This document shows, one piece after another, positions 31,806-40,499 of a stretch of DNA of 64,000 bases. The notes below the pieces were generated by a model that was not told the DNA's origin, did not search any database, and saw only the letters and a list, made by a program, of their open reading frames with translations. A program made the translations under genes and the position numbers. The stretch is from assembly GCA_964486865.1 (NCBI GenBank), contig CAZAOZ010000002.1, positions 98,352-162,351 of the forward strand, in the 5' to 3' direction. The stretch is from an uncultured Bordetella sp. (lineage in GTDB: Bacteria; Pseudomonadota; Gammaproteobacteria; Burkholderiales; SG8-41). Every line of letters begins with the position of its first letter. The first letter of the stretch is position 1.

Positions 31806-33079
31806 AAAAAAGCCAGAAACTGTTCAGCCACGCCCAGCTGGTCATCCCCGGCGGCGTCAACTCCCCCGTACGCGCATTCAAATCCGTAGGCGGCACGCCG
31901 CTGTTTTTCCAGCGCGGCAAGGGCGCGCTGGTGTGGGATGCCGACGGCAACAGCTATATTGATTACGTCGGCTCGTGGGGTCCGCTGATCTGCGGCCACG
32001 CGCATCCCGACGTCATCAAGGCCGTGCAGCAGGCCGCGGAACGCGGCCTGTCCTTCGGCGCGCCGACCGAGGCCGAAGTCGAAATGGCCGATGTGTTGCG
32101 CAAGCTGGTGCCGTCGCTGGAACAGGTGCGGCTGGTCAGTTCCGGCACCGAAGCGACGATGAGCGCAATCCGGCTCGCCCGCGGTTTCACCGGGCGCAGC
32201 AAAATCATCAAGTTTGAAGGCTGCTACCACGGCCATGCCGACGCGCTGCTGGTCAAGGCCGGCTCCGGCGCGCTGACCTTCGGCCAGCCGTCTTCCGCCG
32301 GCGTGCCGCCGGAAACGGCGGCGCATACGCTGGTACTCGACTACAACAGCGAGGCGGCGCTGGAAACAACTTTTGCCCGCGAAGGCGCCGGAATTGCCGC
32401 GGTCATCGTCGAGCCCGTCGCCGGCAACATGAACCTGGTCGCGCCGCGGCCGGGTTTCCTGGAATTGCTGCGCAAGCTGTGCACGCAGCATGGCGCCGTG
32501 CTGATTTTCGACGAAGTGATGACCGGCTTCCGCGTCGCGCTGGGCGGCGCGCAGGCGCTGTACGGCATCAAGCCCGACCTGACGACGCTGGGCAAAGTCA
32601 TCGGCGGCGGCATGCCGGTGGGCGCCTTCGGCGGCCGCCGCGACATCATGCAATGCCTGGCGCCGGTGGGTCCGGTGTATCAGGCCGGCACGCTGTCGGG
32701 CAACCCGGTGGCCGTAGCCGCCGGACTGGCCACGCTGAAACTGATCCAGGCGCCGGGGTTCTATGACAAGCTCGGCGCGGCGGCACATCAGCTCTGCAGC
32801 GGACTGGCCGCCGCCGCGCAGGCGCACCGCATCCCGTTTTCGGCGCGCAGCATCGGCGGCATGTTCGGCATTTATTTCCGCGACGCGCCGCCGCTGTCCT
32901 ACGCCGAAGTCATGCAATGCGACAAGGAGGCATTCAACCGCTTTTTTCACGCCATGCTCGCCGAAGGTGTGTATCTGGCGCCGTCGGCCTACGAGGCGGG
33001 CTTTGTTTCGTCAGCCCACGGCCCGGCCGAAATCGACAAAACCATCAAAGCCGCAGCCAGAATATTTGCTGCGTTTTGA
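31802..33079 (+). CDS. hemL: Glutamate-1-semialdehyde 2,1-aminomutase
   Basis: [10 protein letters not shown]...[12 protein letters not shown]...FDEVMTGFR...[17 protein letters not shown]. The start overlaps the thiE stop (ATGA). Confidence 0.95.
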   Translation: MKKSQKLFSHAQLVIPGGVNSPVRAFKSVGGTPLFFQRGKGALVWDADGNSYIDYVGSWGPLICGHAHPDVIKAVQQAAERGLSFGAPTEAEVEMADVLRKLVPSLEQVRLVSSGTEATMSAIRLARGFTGRSKIIKFEGCYHGHADALLVKAGSGALTFGQPSSAGVPPETAAHTLVLDYNSEAALETTFAREGAGIAAVIVEPVAGNMNLVAPRPGFLELLRKLCTQHGAVLIFDEVMTGFRVALGGAQALYGIKPDLTTLGKVIGGGMPVGAFGGRRDIMQCLAPVGPVYQAGTLSGNPVAVAAGLATLKLIQAPGFYDKLGAAAHQLCSGLAAAAQAHRIPFSARSIGGMFGIYFRDAPPLSYAEVMQCDKEAFNRFFHAMLAEGVYLAPSAYEAGFVSSAHGPAEIDKTIKAAARIFAAF

Positions 33080-33085
33080 GGGGCG

Positions 33086-33127
33086 TCATAACAAAACATG
33101 AATTAAAACAACGGCTTATATAATTTC
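33086..33127 (+). promoter_or_regulatory. AT-rich IHF-site-like motif, copy e
   Basis: TCATAACAAAACATGAATTAAAACAACGGCTTATATAATTTC aligns along its length with copy a (ATGAAT-AAAACAA-N4-TTATATAA). It lies between the hemL stop and the pseudouridine synthase start. Confidence 0.35.
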
Positions 33128-33140
33128 ACTTTGCTGCACA

Positions 33141-33908
33141 ATGTCATCCGCGCCCCCTCCACCTGATCCCGCCACGGCGGGGAAAATCCGCCTGTCCAAG
33201 CTGATGTCGGAGCAGGGTTTGTGCTCGAGGCGCGAAGCCGATGTCTATATTGAACGCGGCTGGGTGCTGGTCGATGATGTGCCGGTCACCGAACTCGGCA
33301 CCCGCATCTGGCCGACGCAGAAAATCACGCTGACCGCCGCCGCGAAAAAACAGCAGCAGGCGCGGGTCACCATTCTGATCCACAAACCGATCGGCTTTGT
33401 ATCGGGCCAGGCTGAAGACAACCACCGCCCGGCCGTCACGCTGGTCACCGCCCAGACCCAGTACCGCAGCGAGCGCGATGCGCCGCGCTTCGATCCGCGC
33501 CACTTGATCGGCCTGGCGCCCGCCGGACGGCTCGACATCGATTCCACCGGCCTGCTGGTGCTGACCCAGGACGGCCGTATCGCCAAACAATTGATCGGCG
33601 AAAACTCGCGGGTGGAAAAAGAATATCTGGTGCGCGTCACCGGCACGCTGTCGAAAGAAAATCTCGCGTTGCTCAATCACGGCCTCTCGCTGGACGGTGA
33701 AGCCCTGCGGCCCGCCGAGGTGTCATGGCAGAACGAGGACCAACTGCGCTTTGTGCTGCGGCAGGGCAAAAAGCGCCAGATCCGCCGCATGTGCGAACTG
33801 GTCGGGCTGACCGTCACCGGTCTGAAACGCGTGCGCATCGGCAATGTCATGCTCGGCAACCTGCCCGTCGGGCTGTGGCGCTACCTGCGCGAGGACGAGC
33901 AGTTCTGA
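33141..33908 (+). CDS. rRNA pseudouridine synthase (RsuA/RluB/E/F family) with S4 domain
   Basis: S4 domain IRLSKLMSEQGLCSRREADVYIERGWVLVD, then the catalytic region GRLDIDSTGLLVLTQDG and KEYLVRV...GKKRQIRRM. Confidence 0.85.
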   Translation: MSSAPPPPDPATAGKIRLSKLMSEQGLCSRREADVYIERGWVLVDDVPVTELGTRIWPTQKITLTAAAKKQQQARVTILIHKPIGFVSGQAEDNHRPAVTLVTAQTQYRSERDAPRFDPRHLIGLAPAGRLDIDSTGLLVLTQDGRIAKQLIGENSRVEKEYLVRVTGTLSKENLALLNHGLSLDGEALRPAEVSWQNEDQLRFVLRQGKKRQIRRMCELVGLTVTGLKRVRIGNVMLGNLPVGLWRYLREDEQF

Positions 33909-33922
33909 ACAAAAAGCTATTA

Positions 33923-34062
33923 GCCACAGAGAACACAGAGTTCACAGAGAAAAAGCAAGAACATGGGGCATTTCCACATCCCACCAATCTGGTGAGGGTA
34001 GCGTGAGGATTCGACTCCTTGAATCTCTCGGTGTTCTCTGTGACCTCTGTGACCTCTGTGGC
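33923..34062. repeat. CACAGAG-nonamer palindromic element, copy 1
   Basis: Left arm GCCACAGAG AACACAGAG TTCACAGAG (33923-33949). Right arm CTCTGTGAC CTCTGTGAC CTCTGTGGC (34036-34062). 86-bp unique core. The flanks AAAAAGC..TTA / ..CGTTTTAAG are also weakly complementary. Confidence 0.85.
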
Positions 34063-34099
34063 CGAATTGCCGTTTTAAGGCTGAAACCGCCGCCCTGGA

Positions 34100-34945
34100 T
34101 CAACCGGGGCGCGCGGCGGGCCGGGTGCCCGGTTTTGCCGGCGTACGCGCAGTGCCGCCGCGTTTGACGGCGGATGCCGCCACTGCGGTCGGGCGATCAT
34201 CAGTGACCAGCGCGCTGACGCGAGCCAGTTCCTCGCGCAACGCCGCGGGACCGCCCAGCAGGTCGATGCGCCGCTGGCGTGCTGCGGGATCGCGCAGCGC
34301 ATGCAGGCCGGTCAGATACAGCAGCAAATCGTCCGTGGAGTGGTTTTCCTCGTCGCCGACACGCGGGAAATCCCGCGGGAAATCGGCATACATCCGCGTC
34401 TTGCCCGGATACAGCACCTGCGCCACAAAACCAAAACAACTGACGCAGACCTCGGCCGTCACGCCGTTCAACGGACAATAAGGCGTGGCATTGTCGATCC
34501 ACGGCTTGATGCGCCGCTGCAGACCGCCTTGCAGACGGCTGACCGCGGTGGCAGTGCGATACGGCCGCAACCCGTATTGATGTTCGACGATAAAGTGCCG
34601 GCCGTTGGCGTCGTACACGCCTTCCTTGATAAACGGCGCGACCGTGACGCCCACGCCGGGAAACGACCAGGCAATGCGCCGGTCGGCCAGTTCAATGCCG
34701 ACCTGGATTTCCTGTTCGCCATCCGGCGCGGTGATGATCCAGAAATGCACATAACCGGCCTGCCCCGCGCCGGTTGATGTCACCACCGCCGGTGCGGTCC
34801 GGGCAATGGTTTTTGCCGCCGGCGGCGCCGCGCGGGTGGCCGTGGCAAGCCCGCCGGGGCTGTACGCCTGCGCATTGCCGGCCAGCGCCAGCGCGACGCA
34901 CAGGCTCACGAAAGGGATCACAGCATGGATGATTGGTCGGGACAT
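34100..34945 (-). CDS. Exported hypothetical protein (possible permuted NlpC/P60-like Cys hydrolase motif)
   Basis: ORF 34100..35005 trimmed to ATG 34945. Signal peptide MSRPIIHAVIPFVSLCVALALAGNAQA. I recognise no family. VCVSCFGFVAQVLY resembles the D-C-S-G-F-V catalytic-Cys motif and a His-containing strand (YVHFWII) precedes it; this assignment is tentative. Confidence 0.5.
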   Translation of the reverse strand: MSRPIIHAVIPFVSLCVALALAGNAQAYSPGGLATATRAAPPAAKTIARTAPAVVTSTGAGQAGYVHFWIITAPDGEQEIQVGIELADRRIAWSFPGVGVTVAPFIKEGVYDANGRHFIVEHQYGLRPYRTATAVSRLQGGLQRRIKPWIDNATPYCPLNGVTAEVCVSCFGFVAQVLYPGKTRMYADFPRDFPRVGDEENHSTDDLLLYLTGLHALRDPAARQRRIDLLGGPAALREELARVSALVTDDRPTAVAASAVKRGGTARTPAKPGTRPAARPG

Positions 34946-35029
34946 GTCGGGTTGGGCCGCCGCCGGCGCCAGAAGTTCAGGCCGCCGCACGAATGCCGGC
35001 AGCATGTTGCCACAAAAACCCGTCGCTTA

Positions 35030-35707
35030 TCAGCGACGCCTGACCAGCGCCGGCAATGCCGCCACGCTGTCCAGCAGATGGGTGTGCGGCAGCGGCTGCA
35101 TCTGGTCGCGGCCGTGGGCGCCGGACAACACGCCGATGTTCAGCGCGACGCCGGCGTTGTGCCCCGCCTGCAGGTCGAGCACGGTGTCCCCGGCATTGGC
35201 CACGCGACGCACATCGACGACGCCGGTCGCCTCCATGCAGCGGAAAATCATGTACGGCGCCGGCCGCCCCTGCGCCACCTCGTCGCCGCAGACCACCGCA
35301 TCCACCACGCCATCGCGCCAGCGCAATGCGTCGAGCAGCAGGCTGGTCGTGTCGCGGTCGAAGCCGGTATTCAGCGCGACACGGATGCCCGCGCCGCGCA
35401 GTTCATCGATCGCCGCGCGCGCGCCGGAAATAGGCTCGACGGTGCCGTCGAATGCGCGCGCCAGGTGTTCAACGAAAGTCGCATACACCTGTCCGGCACG
35501 CGCCGCACGGTCCGCGGATTCAGGCAGCAGATTCAGAATCGCCAGACGTTTGGACGCGCCGCGCAGGCTGTTGATCGCCTGCGGCGTCACCGCCACGCCG
35601 TGCGCCGCCAGCGCCGAAGTGAATGCCTGCGGCACCTGACCGGCATCGCGCACCGTGGTGCCGGCCATGTCGAGCACGACCAGCGCGATGGGTTCCACTT
35701 GATTCAT
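35030..35707 (-). CDS. HAD-superfamily hydrolase, phosphonatase (PhnX)-like
   Basis: ORF 35030..35875 trimmed to ATG 35707. Motif I is LDMAGTTV (DxAGT as in PhnX). Motifs III/IV are NTGF and AGDTVLDLQAGHNAG. Confidence 0.7.
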   Translation of the reverse strand: MNQVEPIALVVLDMAGTTVRDAGQVPQAFTSALAAHGVAVTPQAINSLRGASKRLAILNLLPESADRAARAGQVYATFVEHLARAFDGTVEPISGARAAIDELRGAGIRVALNTGFDRDTTSLLLDALRWRDGVVDAVVCGDEVAQGRPAPYMIFRCMEATGVVDVRRVANAGDTVLDLQAGHNAGVALNIGVLSGAHGRDQMQPLPHTHLLDSVAALPALVRRR

Positions 35708-36108
35708 TTCACGTACTCCGCCACTTCCACCAGGTTCCCGTCGGGATCGCGGAAATAAACCGACCGCAGCGCCCCCAGCGCGCCGCGCCGCTCGACCGGG
35801 CCGGTTTCGATCGCGATTTTTTCCGCGCGCAGATGCGTTACCACGTCGTCCAGCGGCGCCGCGACGATCAGGCAAAAATCGCCGGCGCCGAATGTCGGCG
35901 CGGCGGCCTTGGTCGGCGTCTCCGTGGCGCGATCCTGCAGGTTGATTTTTTGATTGCCGAACAGCAGCGCGTAGCGCGGCTGGCCTTCCGGCCCGCGGAA
36001 AAACTCACGCTCCATGCCGAGCGCGCGTTCGTAAAACCGCGTCGTCGCTTCGATGTCGCGCACCGTCAGCACCAGGTGGTCGATGCGGTCTATCAGTTTG
36101 GGAGACAT
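35704..36108 (-). CDS. VOC (glyoxalase/bleomycin-resistance/dioxygenase fold) family protein
   Basis: IDHLVLTVRDIEATTRFYERALGM...FRDPDGNLVEV. I preferred ATG 36108 to the TTG at 36126. The stop overlaps the HAD gene start (ATGA). Confidence 0.75.
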   Translation of the reverse strand: MSPKLIDRIDHLVLTVRDIEATTRFYERALGMEREFFRGPEGQPRYALLFGNQKINLQDRATETPTKAAAPTFGAGDFCLIVAAPLDDVVTHLRAEKIAIETGPVERRGALGALRSVYFRDPDGNLVEVAEYVK

Positions 36109-36126
36109 GGCGGGTGATTCACGCAA

Positions 36127-36477
36127 TCAAAGAAGGTCAATGCCGAACCGCCGCAGCGCAAAGGCAAACAGCCCGAAGCACACCACCGTCAATAGTACGC
36201 ACGCCGCCAGGGTCGGCCAGAAACCGATCCGCGGCAGCAGCGCCGGAAACACCAGGAACATCGGCAGCGTCGGGATCACGTACCAGAAGGTGTACCAGGC
36301 GTGATTGGCAATCTTGTCCTGCGGCTGATTCTCGACATACAGCCAGATCAGCGCCAGCACCGTCACCATCGGCAGCGCGGCGACAAAACCGCCGAGCTTG
36401 TCGCTGCGCTTGGCCAGCTCCGAGACCAGCACGACCACCCCTGCGGTCAGCAAATACTTGGTAATGATCCAGACCAT
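36127..36477 (-). CDS. DUF3147 family small membrane protein
   Basis: ORF trimmed to ATG 36477. MVWIITKYLLTAGVVVLVSELAKRSDKLGGFVAALPMVTVLALIW... has four hydrophobic segments. Confidence 0.65.
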   Translation of the reverse strand: MVWIITKYLLTAGVVVLVSELAKRSDKLGGFVAALPMVTVLALIWLYVENQPQDKIANHAWYTFWYVIPTLPMFLVFPALLPRIGFWPTLAACVLLTVVCFGLFAFALRRFGIDLL

Positions 36478-36512
36478 GCAACCTCCGCTCGCGCCGGATG
36501 CGGCGCATCCCA

Positions 36513-37811
36513 TCAGCCGATTTTACAGGCAGCCGCCGCACACGCGATCAGTTCCTCCGCCGCGCATGCCGCGCCATCGACCGGCTGCAAAGTTTCTGCA
36601 ACGGCACGTGCGGCATCGGCGTAACCCGTCCCCGCAAACAACGCAGTGAGTTCCGCGGCCAGCCGCTGTGCATTTACTTTACGGAACGGCAGCACCCGCG
36701 CCAGGCCCAGCGCCTGTGCGCGGCGCGCATTGTCCGGCTGGTCGAACGCCACCGGCACGATCAACTGCGGACGGCCCGCGCGCAGCGCCTGCGCCAGCGT
36801 GCCGATACCCCCCTGATGGACGACGGCCGCGGCACGCGGGAACACCTGCGAGTACGGCACATAGGGAAAGGCGCGCACGCCCTCCGGCAAATCCCGCGGC
36901 AATTCCGGCCCGGTGACCAGCAGCGCACGCCGGCCGAGTTGTTGCGCGGCAGCCGCCGCGTGGCTCCAGAAATCCCCCGCAATCCATACCGCCGACGAGC
37001 CCAGCGCAAACACGATGGGCGGCTCCCCCGCGTCAAGAAAACGCGCCACAGCCTCGGGCATGCAGGCCTCCGGCGCGGCGCCGTCGAAAACCGGACTGCC
37101 GCACACCCGCGTGTTGGGCGGCCAGTCCGGCTGCGGTTGCGCCAGCGGCGCGTCGAACAACGCGAGGTTGAGCAATGGCGAAAACTGGCCTTCGAACATC
37201 GCCAGGCGGTCGTCTGGCGGCAGGCCAAGTTCAGCGCGAAATGTCCGCAGCGGCGCCTCCCAATGCCGCACGCTGCGCTTGATCAGTCCGAACAGCGCCC
37301 CGTAGGCACCGGGGCCGAGCAGGCGCAGATGCCGCAGCCACGGCGCGCCGTCAATCACCGGTGGATCATGAGCGGACATCAGGCTCAGCGGCGCCAACAC
37401 CGTCGATACCCATGGCAGGTTCCGGCGCTGCGCCAGCAACGGCAGCGTCACCGTCAGCGGATGCGAGACCAGCATATCGGCGCCCGCTGCCGCGCGCTCC
37501 AGCCCGTCATAGGCTGAACGCAAATGCGGCATCACCAACTCGCGCATCAGGAATTCCGGGCCGCGGTGGCCGTCGAACAATCTGACCATCAACGCCCGGT
37601 AATCGCCGAAGCTCGCCATGGTCGGGCCGACCGCCGCAAACTCCACGCCGGCGCTCTCAACGAGAGCTCGATAATCCTCCGCACTGGCGATCACCGCCTG
37701 CTGGCCGCGCGCGACCAGCGCCCGCGCCACGGCGATGTACGGATGCAGATCGCCCAGTGAACCCGTGGTTGCGAACAGAAACCGGAATTGCCTGGCGCGA
37801 TCAGCGGTCAT
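36513..37811 (-). CDS. Family 1 glycosyltransferase (UDP-glycosyltransferase/MGT, RhlB-like)
   Basis: FLFATTGSLGDLHPYIAVARAL at the N-terminus. The C-terminal nucleotide-sugar motif is VVHQGGIGTLAQALRAGRPQLIVPVAFDQPDNA. Confidence 0.8.
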   Translation of the reverse strand: MTADRARQFRFLFATTGSLGDLHPYIAVARALVARGQQAVIASAEDYRALVESAGVEFAAVGPTMASFGDYRALMVRLFDGHRGPEFLMRELVMPHLRSAYDGLERAAAGADMLVSHPLTVTLPLLAQRRNLPWVSTVLAPLSLMSAHDPPVIDGAPWLRHLRLLGPGAYGALFGLIKRSVRHWEAPLRTFRAELGLPPDDRLAMFEGQFSPLLNLALFDAPLAQPQPDWPPNTRVCGSPVFDGAAPEACMPEAVARFLDAGEPPIVFALGSSAVWIAGDFWSHAAAAAQQLGRRALLVTGPELPRDLPEGVRAFPYVPYSQVFPRAAAVVHQGGIGTLAQALRAGRPQLIVPVAFDQPDNARRAQALGLARVLPFRKVNAQRLAAELTALFAGTGYADAARAVAETLQPVDGAACAAEELIACAAAACKIG

Positions 37812-38102
37812 GCGTCGTCAGGCATGGTGCAGCAGGGCTACTTCCCGCGCCGCAGCGAAGATTTCAGCAACGCTTCCAGCTCCTGTTTCCAGAACACCGC
37901 CCGCCCCGTGGTGCCGTGCCCGACTCTTTGATCGCTGCCCAGAATCAGCAGCACACTACGGATAAGCACGTTGGGTCGCATCACATCGCCTCCGGGGTGA
38001 ACTGCGTTATTTGGATGAGTCTGCCTGAATTGTTGGCGAACACCCATGAAAATAATGGTGGCTCCGGCTTTGATGCTGTTGCGTCGCGCCAGATCGCCCT
38101 GC

Positions 38103-39083
38103 TCAGTCCAACTCCTCGCCCGACCCCGCCGCCGCCCGGTTCAACCGATCCCGAATCGCATACCACTCAGCCATCTCCGGCGGCTGCTCGACTAGAATCG
38201 CGTCGCAGCCGGCATGGTCGAGTTCGCGCAGGTTGGCGTAGAGATCATGCGCATAACCTGTGGCATCCGCGGGCGCGGCAAGCCACACCAGTCCATCGAT
38301 CACCGGCCGCAGCGTAGTGCGCGCCAGCACCGCGACGCGTTTGCCCTGGCGCGTCAGGCTGTGCGCGAGTTCATTGGTGAGATCGCCTTCCATCAGCAGC
38401 AGCGGCGTTTGCGGCGCGTAGTGTTTGTCCAGCGAGCCCGACACGCGCGGGGCGCCGGCATCGGGCGCGGCGAGCGGCGCGCCGAGTGCGGCCTCCAGTT
38501 GTTGCGGCGTGATCCAGCCGGGGCGCAGCAGCGTGGGCGCTGCACGCGAGCAATCGACGATGGTGGATTCGATGCCGACATCGGACGCGCCGCCGTCGAG
38601 CACGCAGGCCACGCTGTCGCCGAATTCTTCGCGCACGTGGGCTGCGGTGGTCGCCGATACGCGGCCGAAACGATTCGCCGAGGGCGCGGCGACGCCGCCG
38701 CCGAATTCGCGCAACAACGCCTGCGCCACCGGATGCGCCGGCACGCGGATGGCGACGGTGTCCTGCCCGCCGGTCACTTCATTGGGAACGCGCGAGTGGC
38801 GTTTCAATACCAGCGTCAGCGGGCCGGGCCAGAATTGCTTTGCGAGTTTATGCGCCGCCGGCGGAATCTCGCGCGCCCAGTTGGCCAGCTGCACCGCGTC
38901 GGCGACATGCACGATCAGCGGATGATCGGCGGGCCGGCCCTTGGCCGCGAAGATTTTGCGCACGGCAGCGGCGTTTGATGCGTCGGCGCCGAGGCCATAG
39001 ACGGTCTCGGTGGGAAAGGCGACGAGTTCGCCGGCTTTGAGGACGGCTACGGCGCGGGTGATATCGGCGGCGGAAACAGTCAT
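38103..39083 (-). CDS. tsaC: L-threonylcarbamoyladenylate synthase, long (YrdC + Sua5 domain) form
   Basis: VAFPTETVYGLGADA...KGRPADHPLIVHV...PGPLTLVL...VAIRVPAHP...PSANRFG, plus a ~120-aa Sua5 C-terminal domain. Confidence 0.9.
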   Translation of the reverse strand: MTVSAADITRAVAVLKAGELVAFPTETVYGLGADASNAAAVRKIFAAKGRPADHPLIVHVADAVQLANWAREIPPAAHKLAKQFWPGPLTLVLKRHSRVPNEVTGGQDTVAIRVPAHPVAQALLREFGGGVAAPSANRFGRVSATTAAHVREEFGDSVACVLDGGASDVGIESTIVDCSRAAPTLLRPGWITPQQLEAALGAPLAAPDAGAPRVSGSLDKHYAPQTPLLLMEGDLTNELAHSLTRQGKRVAVLARTTLRPVIDGLVWLAAPADATGYAHDLYANLRELDHAGCDAILVEQPPEMAEWYAIRDRLNRAAAGSGEELD

Positions 39084-39103
39084 GTTGCAAGTCTGCCGCA
39101 GAG

Positions 39104-39146
39104 CAACAAATAAATCAATAAAAACAATGAGTTATTGATTTTACTC
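39104..39146 (+). promoter_or_regulatory. AT-rich IHF-site-like motif, copy b
   Basis: CAACAAATAAATCAATAAAAACAATGAGTTATTGATTTTACTC. The 11-mer AATAAAAACAA is at 39117-39127. It lies 20-60 bp upstream of the tsaC start codon (on the opposite strand). Confidence 0.35.
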
Positions 39147-39186
39147 TGGTGGCCAGGCATGAAAAAGCAAAAGCGAAAGGCTTTTA

Positions 39187-39298
39187 GCCACAGAGTTCAC
39201 AGAGAGCACAGAGAACTGCAAACCCGGAATCACCCCGGACACTTACGCGTGCGCAACAACGATTGCGGGGGCTTGTTTTTCTCTGTGGCCTCTGTGGC
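39187..39298. repeat. CACAGAG-nonamer palindromic element, copy 2
   Basis: Left arm GCCACAGAG TTCACAGAG AGCACAGAG (39187-39213). Right arm CTCTGTGGC CTCTGTGGC (39281-39298), preceded by a degenerate unit. The outer flanks AAAGCGAAAGGCTTTTA / TAAGGGGTTTCCGCTTT are complementary. Confidence 0.85.
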
Positions 39299-39313
39299 TA
39301 AGGGGTTTCCGCT

Positions 39314-40492
39314 TTAAATCGCCGCCAAAGGCTTGAATTGCTTGCCCAGCTTCAGCCCCTGCGACTGGTAGTTCGAGCCGATGTGCACGCCGTAGATTTT
39401 TTCCGGCTCGCCGAGCAGGCGTTCGTAGAGCAGGCGGCCGACGTCCTGGCCGTGTTCGATCAGGAACGGCACGTCGTGCGAGCGCACTTCGAGCACCGCG
39501 CGCGCGCCGTTGACGTCGTTGGCGCCGTAACCGAAACCGGGATCGAAAAAACCGGCGTAGTGAATGCGGAATTCGCCGACCGACGGGTCGTAGGGCACCA
39601 TCGACGCCGCGAAATCCGACGGGATGCGGATGCGCTCGCGCGACACCAGGATGTAGAAGTCGTCCGGGTTCAGCACCAGGCTGCGGTCGGGCGTGCGCGC
39701 GATCGGCTCCCAGAATTCCAGCGGATCGTAATGATTGATCTGCGACAAATCGATCAACGGCGCGTGGCGTTTGGCGCGGTAACCGATGACGCCGTGGCTG
39801 GTGTCGCCCTCGAGGTCCACCGAAATCCACAAACCATTCTTGATCATGGCCGGCAACGGGCCTTCGGTGTCTGAATAGACCAGCCGCAGGGTCTGGTCGA
39901 GTTCGTCGAGCTTGGTGTCGGAAGGCGGCGGTTTGCCGCGGACAAAACGAATCTGGTTCAGCCGCGTGCCCTGCTGCGCCAGCACGCTGAAAGTGTGCGG
40001 CATGATTTCCACATACAGCTTGCCCTTGTAACCCGCGGCCACGCCTTCGAATTCGGCGCCGGCATCGGTGATCAGCCGCGTGAATATGTCCAGCCGCCCG
40101 GTGGAGCTTTTCGGATTGGCGCGGCCCGAGATGTCGGCGGGCAGCTTCAGTTCTTCCATCAGTTCGGCGATATAGACGCAGCCCTTCTCCAGCACCACGG
40201 GCCTGGTCAGGTCGATCTGGTGCATTTTCATGCGGTCGATTTTCGCCTGCACCGTCGAGGTCTTGCCGGGCAGGAAACTCGCGCGCACGCGCCACGCGGT
40301 CGCACCCAGCCGCAGATCAAGGCTCGCCGGCTGGATCTGCGATTCATCCACGCCGCCCGCGGCGCTGATGCGGCCGCCGGCGATCAGCTTGGCGATGTCC
40401 TGATAGGGCAGGATGCCGGTGGTCACGCCGGCAGCCTTGCGATCCTTCTCCAGCTCCGGGAACAGCTTGCCTGCGTCGCGTTTCATGCTCAT
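39314..40492 (-). CDS. 2'-deoxycytidine 5'-triphosphate deaminase, long DCD-family form
   Basis: ORF 39314..40639 trimmed to ATG 40492 (MSMKRDAGKLFPELEK...GILPYQDI...QPASLDLRLG...NPKSSTGRLDIFTR...). This is a duplicated dUTPase-like fold. Confidence 0.7.
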   Translation of the reverse strand: MSMKRDAGKLFPELEKDRKAAGVTTGILPYQDIAKLIAGGRISAAGGVDESQIQPASLDLRLGATAWRVRASFLPGKTSTVQAKIDRMKMHQIDLTRPVVLEKGCVYIAELMEELKLPADISGRANPKSSTGRLDIFTRLITDAGAEFEGVAAGYKGKLYVEIMPHTFSVLAQQGTRLNQIRFVRGKPPPSDTKLDELDQTLRLVYSDTEGPLPAMIKNGLWISVDLEGDTSHGVIGYRAKRHAPLIDLSQINHYDPLEFWEPIARTPDRSLVLNPDDFYILVSRERIRIPSDFAASMVPYDPSVGEFRIHYAGFFDPGFGYGANDVNGARAVLEVRSHDVPFLIEHGQDVGRLLYERLLGEPEKIYGVHIGSNYQSQGLKLGKQFKPLAAI

Positions 40493-40499
40493 GTTTCCT

